Below are positions 29,192 to 39,193 of a stretch of 55,502 nt of DNA, piece by piece. A program made the translations under genes and the position numbers. Positions within the stretch are counted from its first letter, which is position 1; each line of letters starts with the position of its first letter. Under the pieces are notes generated by a model. The model was not told where the DNA came from and ran no database searches. It saw only the letters and a list, made by a program, of their open reading frames with translations. The DNA is from an uncultured Methylococcaceae bacterium (GTDB lineage Bacteria; Pseudomonadota; Gammaproteobacteria; Methylococcales; Methylomonadaceae). Where the stretch lies: NCBI GenBank assembly GCA_903903365.1, contig CAIUYS010000695.1, positions 1-55,502 on the forward strand, read 5' to 3'.

Positions 29192-31377
29192 TAACACACC
29201 TCAGGAATAACCGGCGCAGGCACTCCAAGGCCCGTGCTGGTCAGAGGTTCCAAACCGCCGGGCAAGTCCGGCTCGCCCGTGCCCGTGCCCACACTGACCC
29301 CGAGCAATTCAGGCAGCTGGTATTTTTTGAGATTAAGCGACTGATCGCGCCCCAAGCGCTGCCATGTTGCCGGAGTGTTTTTCGTTGCCGGGCTGCTCAC
29401 CTTGGTAAAAATGCTCAAGGATCTAAACTCCCGCACGCCTGCAACCCGTGCGACTTGTGTTTGCAGTTCATTGACGCTGACACTGCCGCCCATGGGCCAA
29501 CCTTCACCGCGAGCGCCGCCGGGGGCAATGGGCCAAAGGTACTCTACCAGTGCCATTTGCACATCTTGCAGGGTTTGCTGCTCGGTATCCGGATCTAACA
29601 CATCTACTTTGACTCCCACGGCGATGGGCACAAATTCCGGGCTTAACACATAGAGTTCGGTGCCGATCAAAACCCGTTGCAACAAGTACTCGAACACATC
29701 TTTTAGCAGCCCTTTACTAGGCTTGGGGGTTTGGCGTAAGGCAGGGTAGCGTGGCGGCACTACAAAGACACTGACCACCCCGGGAACATTGTCGCGCACG
29801 GCATTAATATTGGCGCCGGGAAAAAAACCTTCCAGCACCATGGCGCGCGCCACGGGGTTAACCGGGTTGTTTTGGGTAAGAAGTTCAAAATCCTGTTTGG
29901 TCACTGCGCGGTTGCGATGGGTTAGAAACTGCGGGATACGGCGCTCAGCTTGAGCGACGGTTTCCGGGTCCACACCACCTTTGCAGGGCCATTCGTGGCG
30001 AACGCTCAGGCGTGAACTGCCGTCGCTGAGTTCTTTGATTTCACCTGCGGCCACATTGCCGGCCGTCCCACCGCCGTAACGATAGCTGGCCGCACGCAAA
30101 CGCATCCCCACCGGTGGGCGTTTGCCGCCTTCAAGCCCATCGCCAAAATAGACTTGACCAGCCACAGTGTCTAGTCGATAGACGCGGTCACTGCCGTTCA
30201 AATCCACCAGAAAGTCCACGCGCTGCCAGCGTATCCAAGCGCCGCTTTCCTCCACATCCAGTTCAAAAGAATCCGGGTCTATCAGGCTGTGGGGCAGATT
30301 AATGACTTGATCCGGATTGCCGGTGCCAACGCCGACAATCAAATCCTGCTTGAGCCCTTGCCCCAGAATATTCAGGCCATTCACGCCCAAATAGCCGAGG
30401 GTTAAATCAGGGTCATCAGGACAACTTAAGCGCAACCATGCGGCAACACGCTCACTGGTGAGCGGTGCGGGCAACTCGGGCGGTAAATCGCCAAGGCCGG
30501 CAAACATAGGGTCACTGACACCCATAGAGTCAAACAATTGCGGGTTGCGTGGCAAACGGAGGCGCACCACGCCGGTTTGACGACCGCCGCGCGAGCTGTC
30601 GCTAACGATTTCCAAGGGTAACGGCAGTAACTTGCCATCCTCCATTTGGGTGAGCAACTCCCATAGTAGTTTGCGTGGGCTGAGTGAATTAATTTCATCG
30701 CCGTCCAGATCGTCTGCGGGCGCTATGGCGATATTCAAGGTAATGCCCGCGATGGCTTCGCGCACTTGTGCAAGCTGGCTGGTGAGCGGCTTGGGCACGG
30801 TGAGCGCAAGGTAGTAAAGTTTGTCCAAACTATCGATGAGACTCAGGGTATCATAACCCGGTTGAAAGTTGCGTGGCTGAAAGGGCTGTGGTTTTTCGCC
30901 GCGTTTAAGGCCGTATTGCTCGAGCAAATCCTGAGGTGTTAAGCCCATGTCGGCCAGTTGCGCGTCGCTAATGCGCTCTTTAATGGCCACGGATAGGGCT
31001 AGCGGTGTCGGCTGCAATTCACCCACGCCCGTAAAACTTTGGCTGCCCGCTTTGAGTTGAACGCCGTCGCGCAGCAGAGGAGGTAAATTTACTGTGCGCG
31101 GCCCCGCATCTATGCAGACAACGCCTTTAGAGGGGCGAGCATTGCGCAGCGGCACTTGCAAGAGGTTGAGCACTACACGGCGCTGGCGTTCAGGAATAAG
31201 GTTGGCGCGGTAGAGCATGGTTTCAGTGAAGTAGGCGAACAAGTCAATCAGCGCATGGACGGGGTCGCCTGGGGCAATTTGGGTCAGCTCGGGCAAATGA
31301 TTAGCCAAACGAGTGCGCGCTTCAGCGACGAGATCGTCAAACCGGCGGTCATCTAAATTAGGTATGGGTAATGGCAT
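29191..31377 (-). CDS. Baseplate J-like assembly protein (Afp11-like)
   Basis: PNLDDRRFDDLV, DPVHALIDLFAY, VYFGDG..GKRPP, YRYGGGTAGNV, GGVDPE, RNRAVTKQDFE. Confidence 0.92.
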   Translation of the reverse strand: MPLPIPNLDDRRFDDLVAEARTRLANHLPELTQIAPGDPVHALIDLFAYFTETMLYRANLIPERQRRVVLNLLQVPLRNARPSKGVVCIDAGPRTVNLPPLLRDGVQLKAGSQSFTGVGELQPTPLALSVAIKERISDAQLADMGLTPQDLLEQYGLKRGEKPQPFQPRNFQPGYDTLSLIDSLDKLYYLALTVPKPLTSQLAQVREAIAGITLNIAIAPADDLDGDEINSLSPRKLLWELLTQMEDGKLLPLPLEIVSDSSRGGRQTGVVRLRLPRNPQLFDSMGVSDPMFAGLGDLPPELPAPLTSERVAAWLRLSCPDDPDLTLGYLGVNGLNILGQGLKQDLIVGVGTGNPDQVINLPHSLIDPDSFELDVEESGAWIRWQRVDFLVDLNGSDRVYRLDTVAGQVYFGDGLEGGKRPPVGMRLRAASYRYGGGTAGNVAAGEIKELSDGSSRLSVRHEWPCKGGVDPETVAQAERRIPQFLTHRNRAVTKQDFELLTQNNPVNPVARAMVLEGFFPGANINAVRDNVPGVVSVFVVPPRYPALRQTPKPSKGLLKDVFEYLLQRVLIGTELYVLSPEFVPIAVGVKVDVLDPDTEQQTLQDVQMALVEYLWPIAPGGARGEGWPMGGSVSVNELQTQVARVAGVREFRSLSIFTKVSSPATKNTPATWQRLGRDQSLNLKKYQLPELLGVSVGTGTGEPDLPGGLEPLTSTGLGVPAPVIPEVC

Positions 31378-31457
31378 ACTGTCCTTCCAATCTTCTCTAT
31401 CTGGCTAATATTTATTTGCTGCGCGAAGCGCCCTACTCACTAGCGGCTTAGTGCCCC

Positions 31458-31850
31458 TCAAACCTGGTTTAAATCCAATCCAAGCGTGAGCTGTAGCGGT
31501 TGCCGCGCATAGCGCATCTGGTAGCGAATCACTATCTGTACGCACGACAAACTGACGCTGTCAGGCACTACGCTGACACTGTCTACAATCACTCTCGTCT
31601 CCCACTGTTCTATGGCTTTTTGCACAACATTGGCTATGAGTGTGCGCGTAGTTTCGTTATTGGGTTGATGGATAAAATCCAGCAAGCCGGCGCCAAATTG
31701 CGGGCGCAGCAGGCGCTCCCCTGGCCGCGTTAATAAAATATTTCGGATGACTTCGCGCACGCTGTAATCGTCGCTGGCAAAACCGAGACGGCCATTTTCG
31801 TCGACACCTCCGAGAGGCCAGTTCATTACCTTGGGTACGGGGATTGCCAA
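31458..31850 (-). CDS. GPW/gp25 baseplate (sheath initiator, Afp9-like)
   Basis: ILLTRPGERLLRPQFGAGL, IEQWETRV; TTG start behind GGAGG. Confidence 0.92.
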   Translation of the reverse strand: MAIPVPKVMNWPLGGVDENGRLGFASDDYSVREVIRNILLTRPGERLLRPQFGAGLLDFIHQPNNETTRTLIANVVQKAIEQWETRVIVDSVSVVPDSVSLSCVQIVIRYQMRYARQPLQLTLGLDLNQV

Positions 31851-31852
31851 AA

Positions 31853-33562
31853 CTAACCTCCTTTTTTAATGCTTGGGAAAGGCAAACAAATGCGCACCCA
31901 AGGCAACCAGAAAAATACAATATTGAGCAGCGAGATCATAATCATCAACAAAATCATGGCTATCAAGGTGATTACCGGCAGGCTAAATGAACATATCCAC
32001 TGAATTCCGAGCGAAGGTGAATCATTCGGGGTGACTAAATCCGGGCCTACCCCTTTCTTTAAATTAAGCTTGTCGAGTAAATCAAACGTATCGGCAGGCG
32101 TAATCATGCTCACACCCTTGGCGAAACCGCCGCGCAGATCACCAAGGGATGGCATCTGAATCAGCGATGGGCGACTGGCGTTAACGTCAAAAGGCGCGGC
32201 TACACGGAATAGCTCTGTACGCGCGCCGGCATCGGCCCAGACGATTTGTTCGTGGCCGCAAGTATCTTCAATACGCACAAAAGACACTGCTTGGTAGCAG
32301 TCATCTTTGCCTTGGCCAAATTTAGGCAGGGGGATTTCATTGGCCTTGTTGAGAGTGTTGTCCAGTACACGCTGATCAAGCAAGGAGCGCAGTTCCTGAG
32401 CATCGCCAGGGCTAATGTATAACGAAAAACTTAAGCTGCCCGACGCAGGCGCTGGTAAAAGCGCAAAGTTGAAAGCTTCCACATTGAGATCAGCGGCTTT
32501 TTCTTGTTGCGCCATATAATTAATGAGACGATTTTGCGATTCGGCCAACAGCTTCTTTAACCAGTCCAACAGGTTGTATTGGCGTGCACTCATAAAGGTG
32601 ACGTGAGTGGTATCGGTAAAGTTTTCAGGCTTAAGTTGGTTGTTCTGCGCTTCGTTATAAAAATATTGGCGCGTTGCCCAATCCTCCAAACGGCCATTTT
32701 CAGCAACGTTCGTCTCACCCAGGTGATAGCGGTTTACCAAGGTTCTGAGCAGTTCAAAAAAAGCGACTGTGGGCTTACCTTTGTTGACCGCGCGAGCGCA
32801 GTCTTCAGTCCATGTTTTATCCACCGTCGCGGCGCCTTTAACGGGGCGGAAGCCAAATGGCCAGAGCAATTGCGCGGCGGTAATGCGATTAAAATCCGCG
32901 AGTGATTCAGCGTCGAAAACGTCATTTGGATTCATCCGGCTGCCTTTTGTTTGAGGCAATCGATAGTTATAAGTCCCACCCAAGGGCAAGTAGCCATGCA
33001 GGATAGTGTGGCATTTACCTTTTTCATCAAACACTTTGATTGGGTGCATGGGATGGGTTAACTCACCGGTGTAGGTGGCGATAGGCACACTGACTACTCC
33101 GGCTGATTTGGGGGCTTTATCACAGCAAAAGCGGCGATTGACATCAGGGTCGCGCAGGCCCGTGGGGGTTGACTCCCAGCCGAGGACTTCGTCGTCCTCC
33201 AGCATCCAGCTCTGTTCGCCTTGAGCGGTTTGGCGGCGAATCACAAAACCGGCGGATTTGATTTTTTGCGGATCCAGGGCTGGGTGACCCAGGCGATCAC
33301 AAATCACTTCACAGCTCACCAGGTAAAAACTTTTGTGCATAGGCAAGCGCAACACCGGCTTTTTGTCGTGCTTGCTAAAGGCGTCTTCCTGTTTCCATTG
33401 ACCAAGGCTGGATGCGTTTATCTGATGACGCTGCAGATCCCGCTGAAAGCGCGTAATAAATTCCGGTTCAAAATAGCGATGCAATTCAGCAGCGTCCTGG
33501 CCGCTGAAATAAGGGGCACGCAAACGAGTCGGATGCTTTTCATTTTGTACTACCGTTACCAT
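31853..33562 (-). CDS. Uncharacterised eCIS protein with C-terminal transmembrane segment
   Basis: Overlaps the gp5 stop; C-terminus LPVITLIAMILLMIMISLLNIVFFWLPWVRICLPFP. Confidence 0.7.
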   Translation of the reverse strand: MVTVVQNEKHPTRLRAPYFSGQDAAELHRYFEPEFITRFQRDLQRHQINASSLGQWKQEDAFSKHDKKPVLRLPMHKSFYLVSCEVICDRLGHPALDPQKIKSAGFVIRRQTAQGEQSWMLEDDEVLGWESTPTGLRDPDVNRRFCCDKAPKSAGVVSVPIATYTGELTHPMHPIKVFDEKGKCHTILHGYLPLGGTYNYRLPQTKGSRMNPNDVFDAESLADFNRITAAQLLWPFGFRPVKGAATVDKTWTEDCARAVNKGKPTVAFFELLRTLVNRYHLGETNVAENGRLEDWATRQYFYNEAQNNQLKPENFTDTTHVTFMSARQYNLLDWLKKLLAESQNRLINYMAQQEKAADLNVEAFNFALLPAPASGSLSFSLYISPGDAQELRSLLDQRVLDNTLNKANEIPLPKFGQGKDDCYQAVSFVRIEDTCGHEQIVWADAGARTELFRVAAPFDVNASRPSLIQMPSLGDLRGGFAKGVSMITPADTFDLLDKLNLKKGVGPDLVTPNDSPSLGIQWICSFSLPVITLIAMILLMIMISLLNIVFFWLPWVRICLPFPSIKKGG

Positions 33563-34206
33563 ATATTCCCCGCACCTGGTGTGTAACTGGTTCCTACAAC
33601 GGCGTTGGCGATGACCGTATCGGCCTGCACCACGCCACTAAAGCGCGACATACCCGCATCCACCTGCACCATGCTGGCGCTGATATTCACACGCGATGCA
33701 TTAACCGATACGGTTGCACTACTGGTAATATTTACTTCGCTGGCACTGAGTTTGATGCTTTGTCCATCGCGTTTGATTTCGATTTCGCCACCCGAGCCAT
33801 CGTTAATGGTGAGGTGATATCCCTGCGGCGTGGTCAACTTGATCTGCGGACCATCACTGTCGTTAAAGTCCAACACGCTGCCGGAGGGGGTGCGAATCAC
33901 ATAGTGATCTTCAATAGCATCCGCATCTTCCGGTACCGAGTTCTGTCCGCTCCACACGCTGCCGAGCACCAAGGGTAGCTCCGGCGTGATAAACGCCACC
34001 ACCACAATTTCGTTAATGCGCGGCAAGCAGCTAAAGCCATAACCAGTGCCTGCAGACGGTACTACCATACTGGCCCAGACTTCCACGGCATTGGCGAGCA
34101 AGCGCAATTTAATGCGGCCACGGGAGTCCGGATCGTCGTTGTCGACCACTTGCCCCATGTGCAGGCTATGCAATAACCCTAAAGTGTGCGGATTCACTAA
34201 ACTCAT
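33556..34206 (-). CDS. Phage baseplate assembly protein V / gp5-like spike (OB-fold + beta-helix)
   Basis: GQVVDNDDPDSRGRIKL, WASMVVPSAG.GYG..CLPRINEIVVVAF, PLVLGSVW, IRTPSG; ATGA overlap with the upstream gene. Confidence 0.9.
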   Translation of the reverse strand: MSLVNPHTLGLLHSLHMGQVVDNDDPDSRGRIKLRLLANAVEVWASMVVPSAGTGYGFSCLPRINEIVVVAFITPELPLVLGSVWSGQNSVPEDADAIEDHYVIRTPSGSVLDFNDSDGPQIKLTTPQGYHLTINDGSGGEIEIKRDGQSIKLSASEVNITSSATVSVNASRVNISASMVQVDAGMSRFSGVVQADTVIANAVVGTSYTPGAGNIW

Positions 34207-35258
34207 GGCTGCCAATCCGCCCTGTTCACTTTCAGGTGTGTTTCAAAACCGCTAACGCTGTCGAAACGGTGCACGCAATTCACAATTTGGTAACGCCCTT
34301 CAAAACGGGGCGAAACACCGCTGAGCTGGATCTCGCGCCCGCTGGTTAAACGCGCCTCGCCAATGGCGCGAATATCGCCGCTGATAAAGCGTTTAGCCGC
34401 ACGGTTGAAATGCGCTTTTGCCAAAGCCTCGGCCTCGCCCTGCGAACGCGGAAAAGGCTGGGGGACTATTTCTTCGCCATCCCAACCCAGATTACTCAAG
34501 GTATTGGCAGCGGTGGTGCCATTAGCAGGCAGCCGCAGGCTATTGCCGCTTTCGCTGACCTCCGCATCGTTATCCAGATTGTACCCCTTGACCTGCACAC
34601 GGATGGGTTGATGGTTAAGATCGGCAATCAACCGCACTTTCAAGGCGCTGTCCTTGGCATTCAGTTCCACGGGATCCGCATCCGCTTGCTCGGGCCTGAC
34701 CCGCAATTGGTTGTCGACCAAGCGCGCGGCTATATCATGGCTACCGCAAAGGCGCAGCAAAAACGCCAAATCACTTTCGTTAAGCTGGTGATAAGTCGCG
34801 ACTACACTCGATACATTCACATCAGCGGTTAGCCCAGCATCGCCGGCAATGCGGTTGACAACATCATCCAACGATTGCTCTTCAAAAACGCGGCTGTGGC
34901 GGGTGCGGGTTAAACGGTGCAATTTGTCTTGCAACAGAATCACCAACTGTGGCGCACCTTCGCCGTAACATTCTTCGAGTGCTGTTACTTCGCCTTTAAA
35001 TAAACGGCTGGAGCTGTCATCGCCGTTAGTCATTATTATCTCCACGGTTTCACCTAACCCTAAGGTTTGAAAGCCAAAGTCGTATTCAGCGTTATCGCCA
35101 GTGGCGATCCAATTGCTCACCGTCAACTCCGCATGCGCCATGCCCAAGAGCGGTACATTAATGACCATAGCCGTCAAAGCCTCGGTCAAGTCGCGGTTTT
35201 CAGTTCCGGCAACCTTGATCTGCGGCCTGACACTGACAAAGGCTTGATCCGTGGACAT
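34203..35258 (-). CDS. Phage late control D / gp27-like spike hub
   Basis: LFKGEVTALE, QLNESDLAFLLRL, VKGYN, GVSPRFEGRY, HRFDSVSGFETHL. Confidence 0.88.
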   Translation of the reverse strand: MSTDQAFVSVRPQIKVAGTENRDLTEALTAMVINVPLLGMAHAELTVSNWIATGDNAEYDFGFQTLGLGETVEIIMTNGDDSSSRLFKGEVTALEECYGEGAPQLVILLQDKLHRLTRTRHSRVFEEQSLDDVVNRIAGDAGLTADVNVSSVVATYHQLNESDLAFLLRLCGSHDIAARLVDNQLRVRPEQADADPVELNAKDSALKVRLIADLNHQPIRVQVKGYNLDNDAEVSESGNSLRLPANGTTAANTLSNLGWDGEEIVPQPFPRSQGEAEALAKAHFNRAAKRFISGDIRAIGEARLTSGREIQLSGVSPRFEGRYQIVNCVHRFDSVSGFETHLKVNRADWQP

Positions 35259-35273
35259 AGACGCGAAATTTCC

Positions 35274-35441
35274 TTAATCAAACTGCAAGCGCGTCTGGCG
35301 CTCGTTTAATAAACTCAAGGTACTCATCAACTCGTATTCCGGCCGGGAGATGGGCATAGCGTCCTGCGCAGGTTGCTGCGTGGAGGGCGGCACCACATTG
35401 GGTACGGCTTCGGTGATCACTTCGTTAATAAAAACAGGCAC
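35274..35441 (-). CDS. 55-aa small eCIS protein (Afp6/DUF5908-like position), absent from the ORF track
   Basis: AAGGAG RBS, GTG start, MPVFINEVITEAVPNVVPPSTQQPAQDAMPISRPEYELMSTLSLLNERQTRLQFD*; fills the gap in the operon. Confidence 0.75.
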   Translation of the reverse strand: MPVFINEVITEAVPNVVPPSTQQPAQDAMPISRPEYELMSTLSLLNERQTRLQFD

Positions 35442-35467
35442 GTTTTCGACTCCTTAATCAATATGAC

Positions 35468-36571
35468 CTAGTCAAACCCAATACTGGCCGACGCCTTCGC
35501 ACTGCCCGACGAGCTGATACTGGCACTGGCCGTTGCCTGCCCGGTGCTGGAACGGCTGCTAGCCGAAGCCGTGAATAATGAGCCGCGTGAAGTGCTCGCA
35601 TTAGCCGCCACAATACTGCCTGCTGTTAATCCGCCGCCGGTGATACTCGCTGAAAAGGCGCCGGGAATACCCGACCCCAAGGAGCCGGATGAGCCATAAC
35701 TAAACCCTGGTGCGGTAAAGCTTGCAGAACTGGAAGAGAAGCCGCCGGAAACGGAAGCCCCCGCCGAAAAAGACGCCCCGCTACTCACTCCCAGGCCGGA
35801 ACTCATGCCTATCCCGCCGCCCAGACCTCCACTCAGACCTCCATTCAGACCTCCATTCAGACTGCCGCCAAAACCGCCGCCACCGAGGGATTCACCCATA
35901 CTGGTGCTGGGCATTGACATGGCTGAACTTGAAGGCGGACGAGGCGACTCCAGGCCATTATACATAGCGGGATCGCGCCAATTCGGTACAGGTTCGCTAC
36001 CCGAGCCCAAGGTTGGGGTGTCGCGGTCGGCGGCTTTAGCTTCGCGGGTTTCAAACTGGAAACGGCTCTCTGTCATTTTGATAGAAACCGTTGAGCGCAA
36101 CGGCGTTCCTTCGCTGGCGAAAAAGTCGAGAGTCTCATCAAAACTTTCCATCACTCCCACAAAAGCAAAAGTTCCCCACACAAACATGCAGCGTTTAGGC
36201 GCCGTTTTCTTATTACCCACTTTGGGCTGAAACATATAGGCCAAGGCGATTTTTTTCGTCAGTATGCGCACATCTTTGTGACGGTCGGGTATTTCCTTTA
36301 TTTTCTTGGTTTTTTTATCTATTTCGTCATGCGACGGATCCCAATCAAGAGTGGTATCAAAAATCAGCTCGACACTCAGCGATGAAGAGCTTTTATCGAC
36401 ATACTGAGTGGCGCGGGTATTGCCGCTGCGCTCATTTTCTTTGAGCGAGTTGGCCAATGTCACTTTTAGACTGCTGGGATTAAATTGTACTTTAATACCC
36501 TGTCCCTTTTGCTTTGGCTTATCCGCTGGCCCACTCACATCAAATAAGCTGGCTTTTTCAATGTCACTCAT
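35468..36571 (-). CDS. CIS tube initiator (Afp7-like) with degenerate LysM remnant and Gly/Ser-rich tail
   Basis: VQFNPSSL, LSVELIFDT, FVWGTFAFVGVMES, DFFASEGTPLRS; WRDPAMYNGLESPR; GGLN/GGLS repeats. Confidence 0.8.
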   Translation of the reverse strand: MSDIEKASLFDVSGPADKPKQKGQGIKVQFNPSSLKVTLANSLKENERSGNTRATQYVDKSSSSLSVELIFDTTLDWDPSHDEIDKKTKKIKEIPDRHKDVRILTKKIALAYMFQPKVGNKKTAPKRCMFVWGTFAFVGVMESFDETLDFFASEGTPLRSTVSIKMTESRFQFETREAKAADRDTPTLGSGSEPVPNWRDPAMYNGLESPRPPSSSAMSMPSTSMGESLGGGGFGGSLNGGLNGGLSGGLGGGIGMSSGLGVSSGASFSAGASVSGGFSSSSASFTAPGFSYGSSGSLGSGIPGAFSASITGGGLTAGSIVAANASTSRGSLFTASASSRSSTGQATASASISSSGSAKASASIGFD

Positions 36572-36582
36572 CAGTATATTCC

Positions 36583-37107
36583 CTAGGCTTGACCCGTACC
36601 ACTTGACGAGCCACTTTTGAAATCACCCGCACCATTCATAGACGGCGCAACCAAGGTAAGGCTCTCATGGATTAGTGTCAGCTCTTCAATGGCAACCTGA
36701 CTGGCCGTGGAGGAGAGATCCGCGCCCTTAAAACGGGTAGGGAGCACATCGCTCAGTTTCCAGGTCAAAATAGTTTCGGCTTGAGCGCCTTTTACAGTAA
36801 TAGATCCATCCAAGCGGTAGCCATAATTTCCACCGCGGGTGACCACATCAAACCACTTAAACAATTCAGTGCTGTCAGTGACACCGCGCTTGAGTACTAT
36901 GGGCGAAAAGCGGGTTTGACCCACGCGCTGGATCTCGCCCCAATTGCGGCCACCTTCGCTAATGACCTTGGGCTCCATTGTCATCTCAAGGCCGGAAACT
37001 TCACTAAAATAACCACGGCATAAAACCTCATCTCCATTCAGAAGATTCACTTCAAAACGAAAAGGGACAAATTCCTTACCAATTAAGGGCCGAGATTCAT
37101 TAGCCAT
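36583..37107 (-). CDS. Phage tail tube protein (T4 gp19-like, Afp5-like)
   Basis: FRFEV, FSEVSGLE, EGGRN, IVLKRGV, VAIEELTL; start re-called at ATG 37107 behind AGGAG. Confidence 0.92.
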   Translation of the reverse strand: MANESRPLIGKEFVPFRFEVNLLNGDEVLCRGYFSEVSGLEMTMEPKVISEGGRNWGEIQRVGQTRFSPIVLKRGVTDSTELFKWFDVVTRGGNYGYRLDGSITVKGAQAETILTWKLSDVLPTRFKGADLSSTASQVAIEELTLIHESLTLVAPSMNGAGDFKSGSSSGTGQA

Positions 37108-38584
37108 TAATGACTCCTGCGGCCCATTCGCCGTCAATATTGACAAAAGTCGCTACAATTTTGTCGATGGGATAGGCCGGTGCTATCTGAATATCAAATG
37201 CGATAACTCCCTCGGCGGCACTGTCGCGCCTTACACTAAAGGCTTCTTCCGCTACTTTGCCGCGCAGCGCGCCCGCGCGGTACAAATTGCGAAAGAACTG
37301 CTCCAACAGAATTTGAGGGCGTGGATCTTCAGGGTCCACATTGAAAACAAGCTGCTCGCCAAGCGCCTTTAACTGGCGGACTAAATAACCTAAAAAGCGT
37401 ACAACTTCGGCGGAACGCAAGCCATTCAAACGATCTGAATAGGGCCCGGGGTAATAGTCGTTGCGCTGTAAGGCAGGAACCATCAAGCGTTCATCATCCA
37501 GCGTTAGCTGTCCAACGCGCTGACTGAGAATGCCAATACCCGGCATCTCGCGCAGGGCGATGGTTTGCTGCATATCAAGTGCAGGATAAGGTTGTGCCAT
37601 GCTAAATAATGTCCTGCCGCCAATCGAGCGCCAAATACCCCGGGTTTGGGCCGACGCGGCTATGGCTCCCGCAATAACACCTGACGGACTACGGAGCTCA
37701 ACCGTTGCGGAGCGCAAGTAAGGGAAAAGTAACTGCACTTGGCGTAGCAAATAGGCATCGGGGATATTGCGCGCTTCCGTTAATGCGCCAAGCGTGTCGC
37801 TATCAATAGCGGGGGCAGCCAAACTCGATGAATAGGCCAGCGGCAAACTGTATAAAAATTGAACATCCGGCCGATGGGCGGCAGTGTAGCTTAACAATTC
37901 CCGTAGCAAGGTCAATAGGGGCAGCGGCTCCGGTCTATCGGGCGGCTCATTGCCGTAGCGCTGCTCGCGAGGCCCGTCATCCAATGGGCTGGTTAACGGT
38001 AAAAATTGCGGGGCGGGATTGCTGAGGCGTTTACTCGGAACATCGGGCAACTGCGCCGGAATTTGCAGTCGCTCCATATCAGGCAAGGCAATTAAACCCA
38101 GATTGCTGATTACCAATAAGCTCACAATTCCATGCAAATTCTGAGCATCATCCAGTGGCGAGCTATAACCAGGGAAAAAACCTTGAATCGCTTCGGACTC
38201 AGGTACGCGCACTACCCAAAGCCGCTTGCCGCCATTGGCAAAAAAGTCTTCAACCCATTGTGGCAGCCACGCTTTATCACCCGCTAACAAGCTGCTGTAG
38301 AGGGTACTTGTAGTGTGTGCATCGGGGAAAACATCATCAAACTCCGCCGATGAATGCAGAGGTATAGGCAGGTGATATAAATTTGTTTCCTTACCTTCCA
38401 ATATGTCATCAACACGTGTGCTAAATCCCGCCTCACGCATGTCATCAAGCATACCCGTCAAGGCTAGTAACCGTTCAATACGTACTCGCCCGGGACAGTG
38501 CCCCAATACGCCCACATCCAAAGCGATTTGTTCGCTTTGGTTGGGGCGAGGGTTAATTTGAATGCGTGCGCCAAGAAAGTCCAT
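37100..38584 (-). CDS. Divergent second tail sheath protein
   Basis: VEDFFANGGKRLWVVR, SPSGVIAG, GEQLVF, LYRAGALRG...EEAFSV, IQIAPAYP; start re-called at 38584 (MDFLG). Confidence 0.75.
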   Translation of the reverse strand: MDFLGARIQINPRPNQSEQIALDVGVLGHCPGRVRIERLLALTGMLDDMREAGFSTRVDDILEGKETNLYHLPIPLHSSAEFDDVFPDAHTTSTLYSSLLAGDKAWLPQWVEDFFANGGKRLWVVRVPESEAIQGFFPGYSSPLDDAQNLHGIVSLLVISNLGLIALPDMERLQIPAQLPDVPSKRLSNPAPQFLPLTSPLDDGPREQRYGNEPPDRPEPLPLLTLLRELLSYTAAHRPDVQFLYSLPLAYSSSLAAPAIDSDTLGALTEARNIPDAYLLRQVQLLFPYLRSATVELRSPSGVIAGAIAASAQTRGIWRSIGGRTLFSMAQPYPALDMQQTIALREMPGIGILSQRVGQLTLDDERLMVPALQRNDYYPGPYSDRLNGLRSAEVVRFLGYLVRQLKALGEQLVFNVDPEDPRPQILLEQFFRNLYRAGALRGKVAEEAFSVRRDSAAEGVIAFDIQIAPAYPIDKIVATFVNIDGEWAAGVING

Positions 38585-38696
38585 GAATAGTGATCGCCCT
38601 GTAAAATCACGACAACAGTACCAAACAAAAATCGAATAAGATCGCACCTTCAAACATAACAACTAGGAAAGTGCGATCACTGCATATAAGATAAAC

Positions 38697-39158
38697 TTAC
38701 GATTGTTCTATATGCTCGACCGCCAATACCAACTCTTCAATCGCTACATCACTCCCGCCTTTGGCGGTTAGCGTCGGCCCTGTCCATTTGATGGGCATAG
38801 CGCCCAATAATTTCCAAGTCACCACAGCGGATTGATTGGCGGGGTTTTCATTGTGCAGCTTGATCTCTACATTGCGCTTGGCAGTTACATCACCGGAGCG
38901 AACCTGCTCCAGCCAAGTGTAAATATTGTCTGCGCCAATAACACCACGTTTTAAGGTTACGTCACCCGACTTATTAATGGCGGGAATCTTGGTGACATAG
39001 TTGGTCTTGGAGTTACCATTACGGTATTCGGCAATGGTAACTTCAGCATTCAAGCCAGAGACTTCAGAAAAACCGCCCACAGTTGTGGCCTCTGTGCCAT
39101 CGCCCAAATTAACCTGATAGTTAAAGACGCTATAGGGTGTATCGCGTAATTCAGCCAT
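38697..39158 (-). CDS. Phage tail tube protein (T4 gp19-like, Afp1-like major tube)
   Basis: PYSVFNYQV, GGFSEVSGL, EYRNGN, VTLKRGV, KWTGPTL, VAIEELVL. Confidence 0.95.
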   Translation of the reverse strand: MAELRDTPYSVFNYQVNLGDGTEATTVGGFSEVSGLNAEVTIAEYRNGNSKTNYVTKIPAINKSGDVTLKRGVIGADNIYTWLEQVRSGDVTAKRNVEIKLHNENPANQSAVVTWKLLGAMPIKWTGPTLTAKGGSDVAIEELVLAVEHIEQS

Positions 39159-39193
39159 GAATTGTTTCCTCGCTTATTGATTCATTAAATGGA

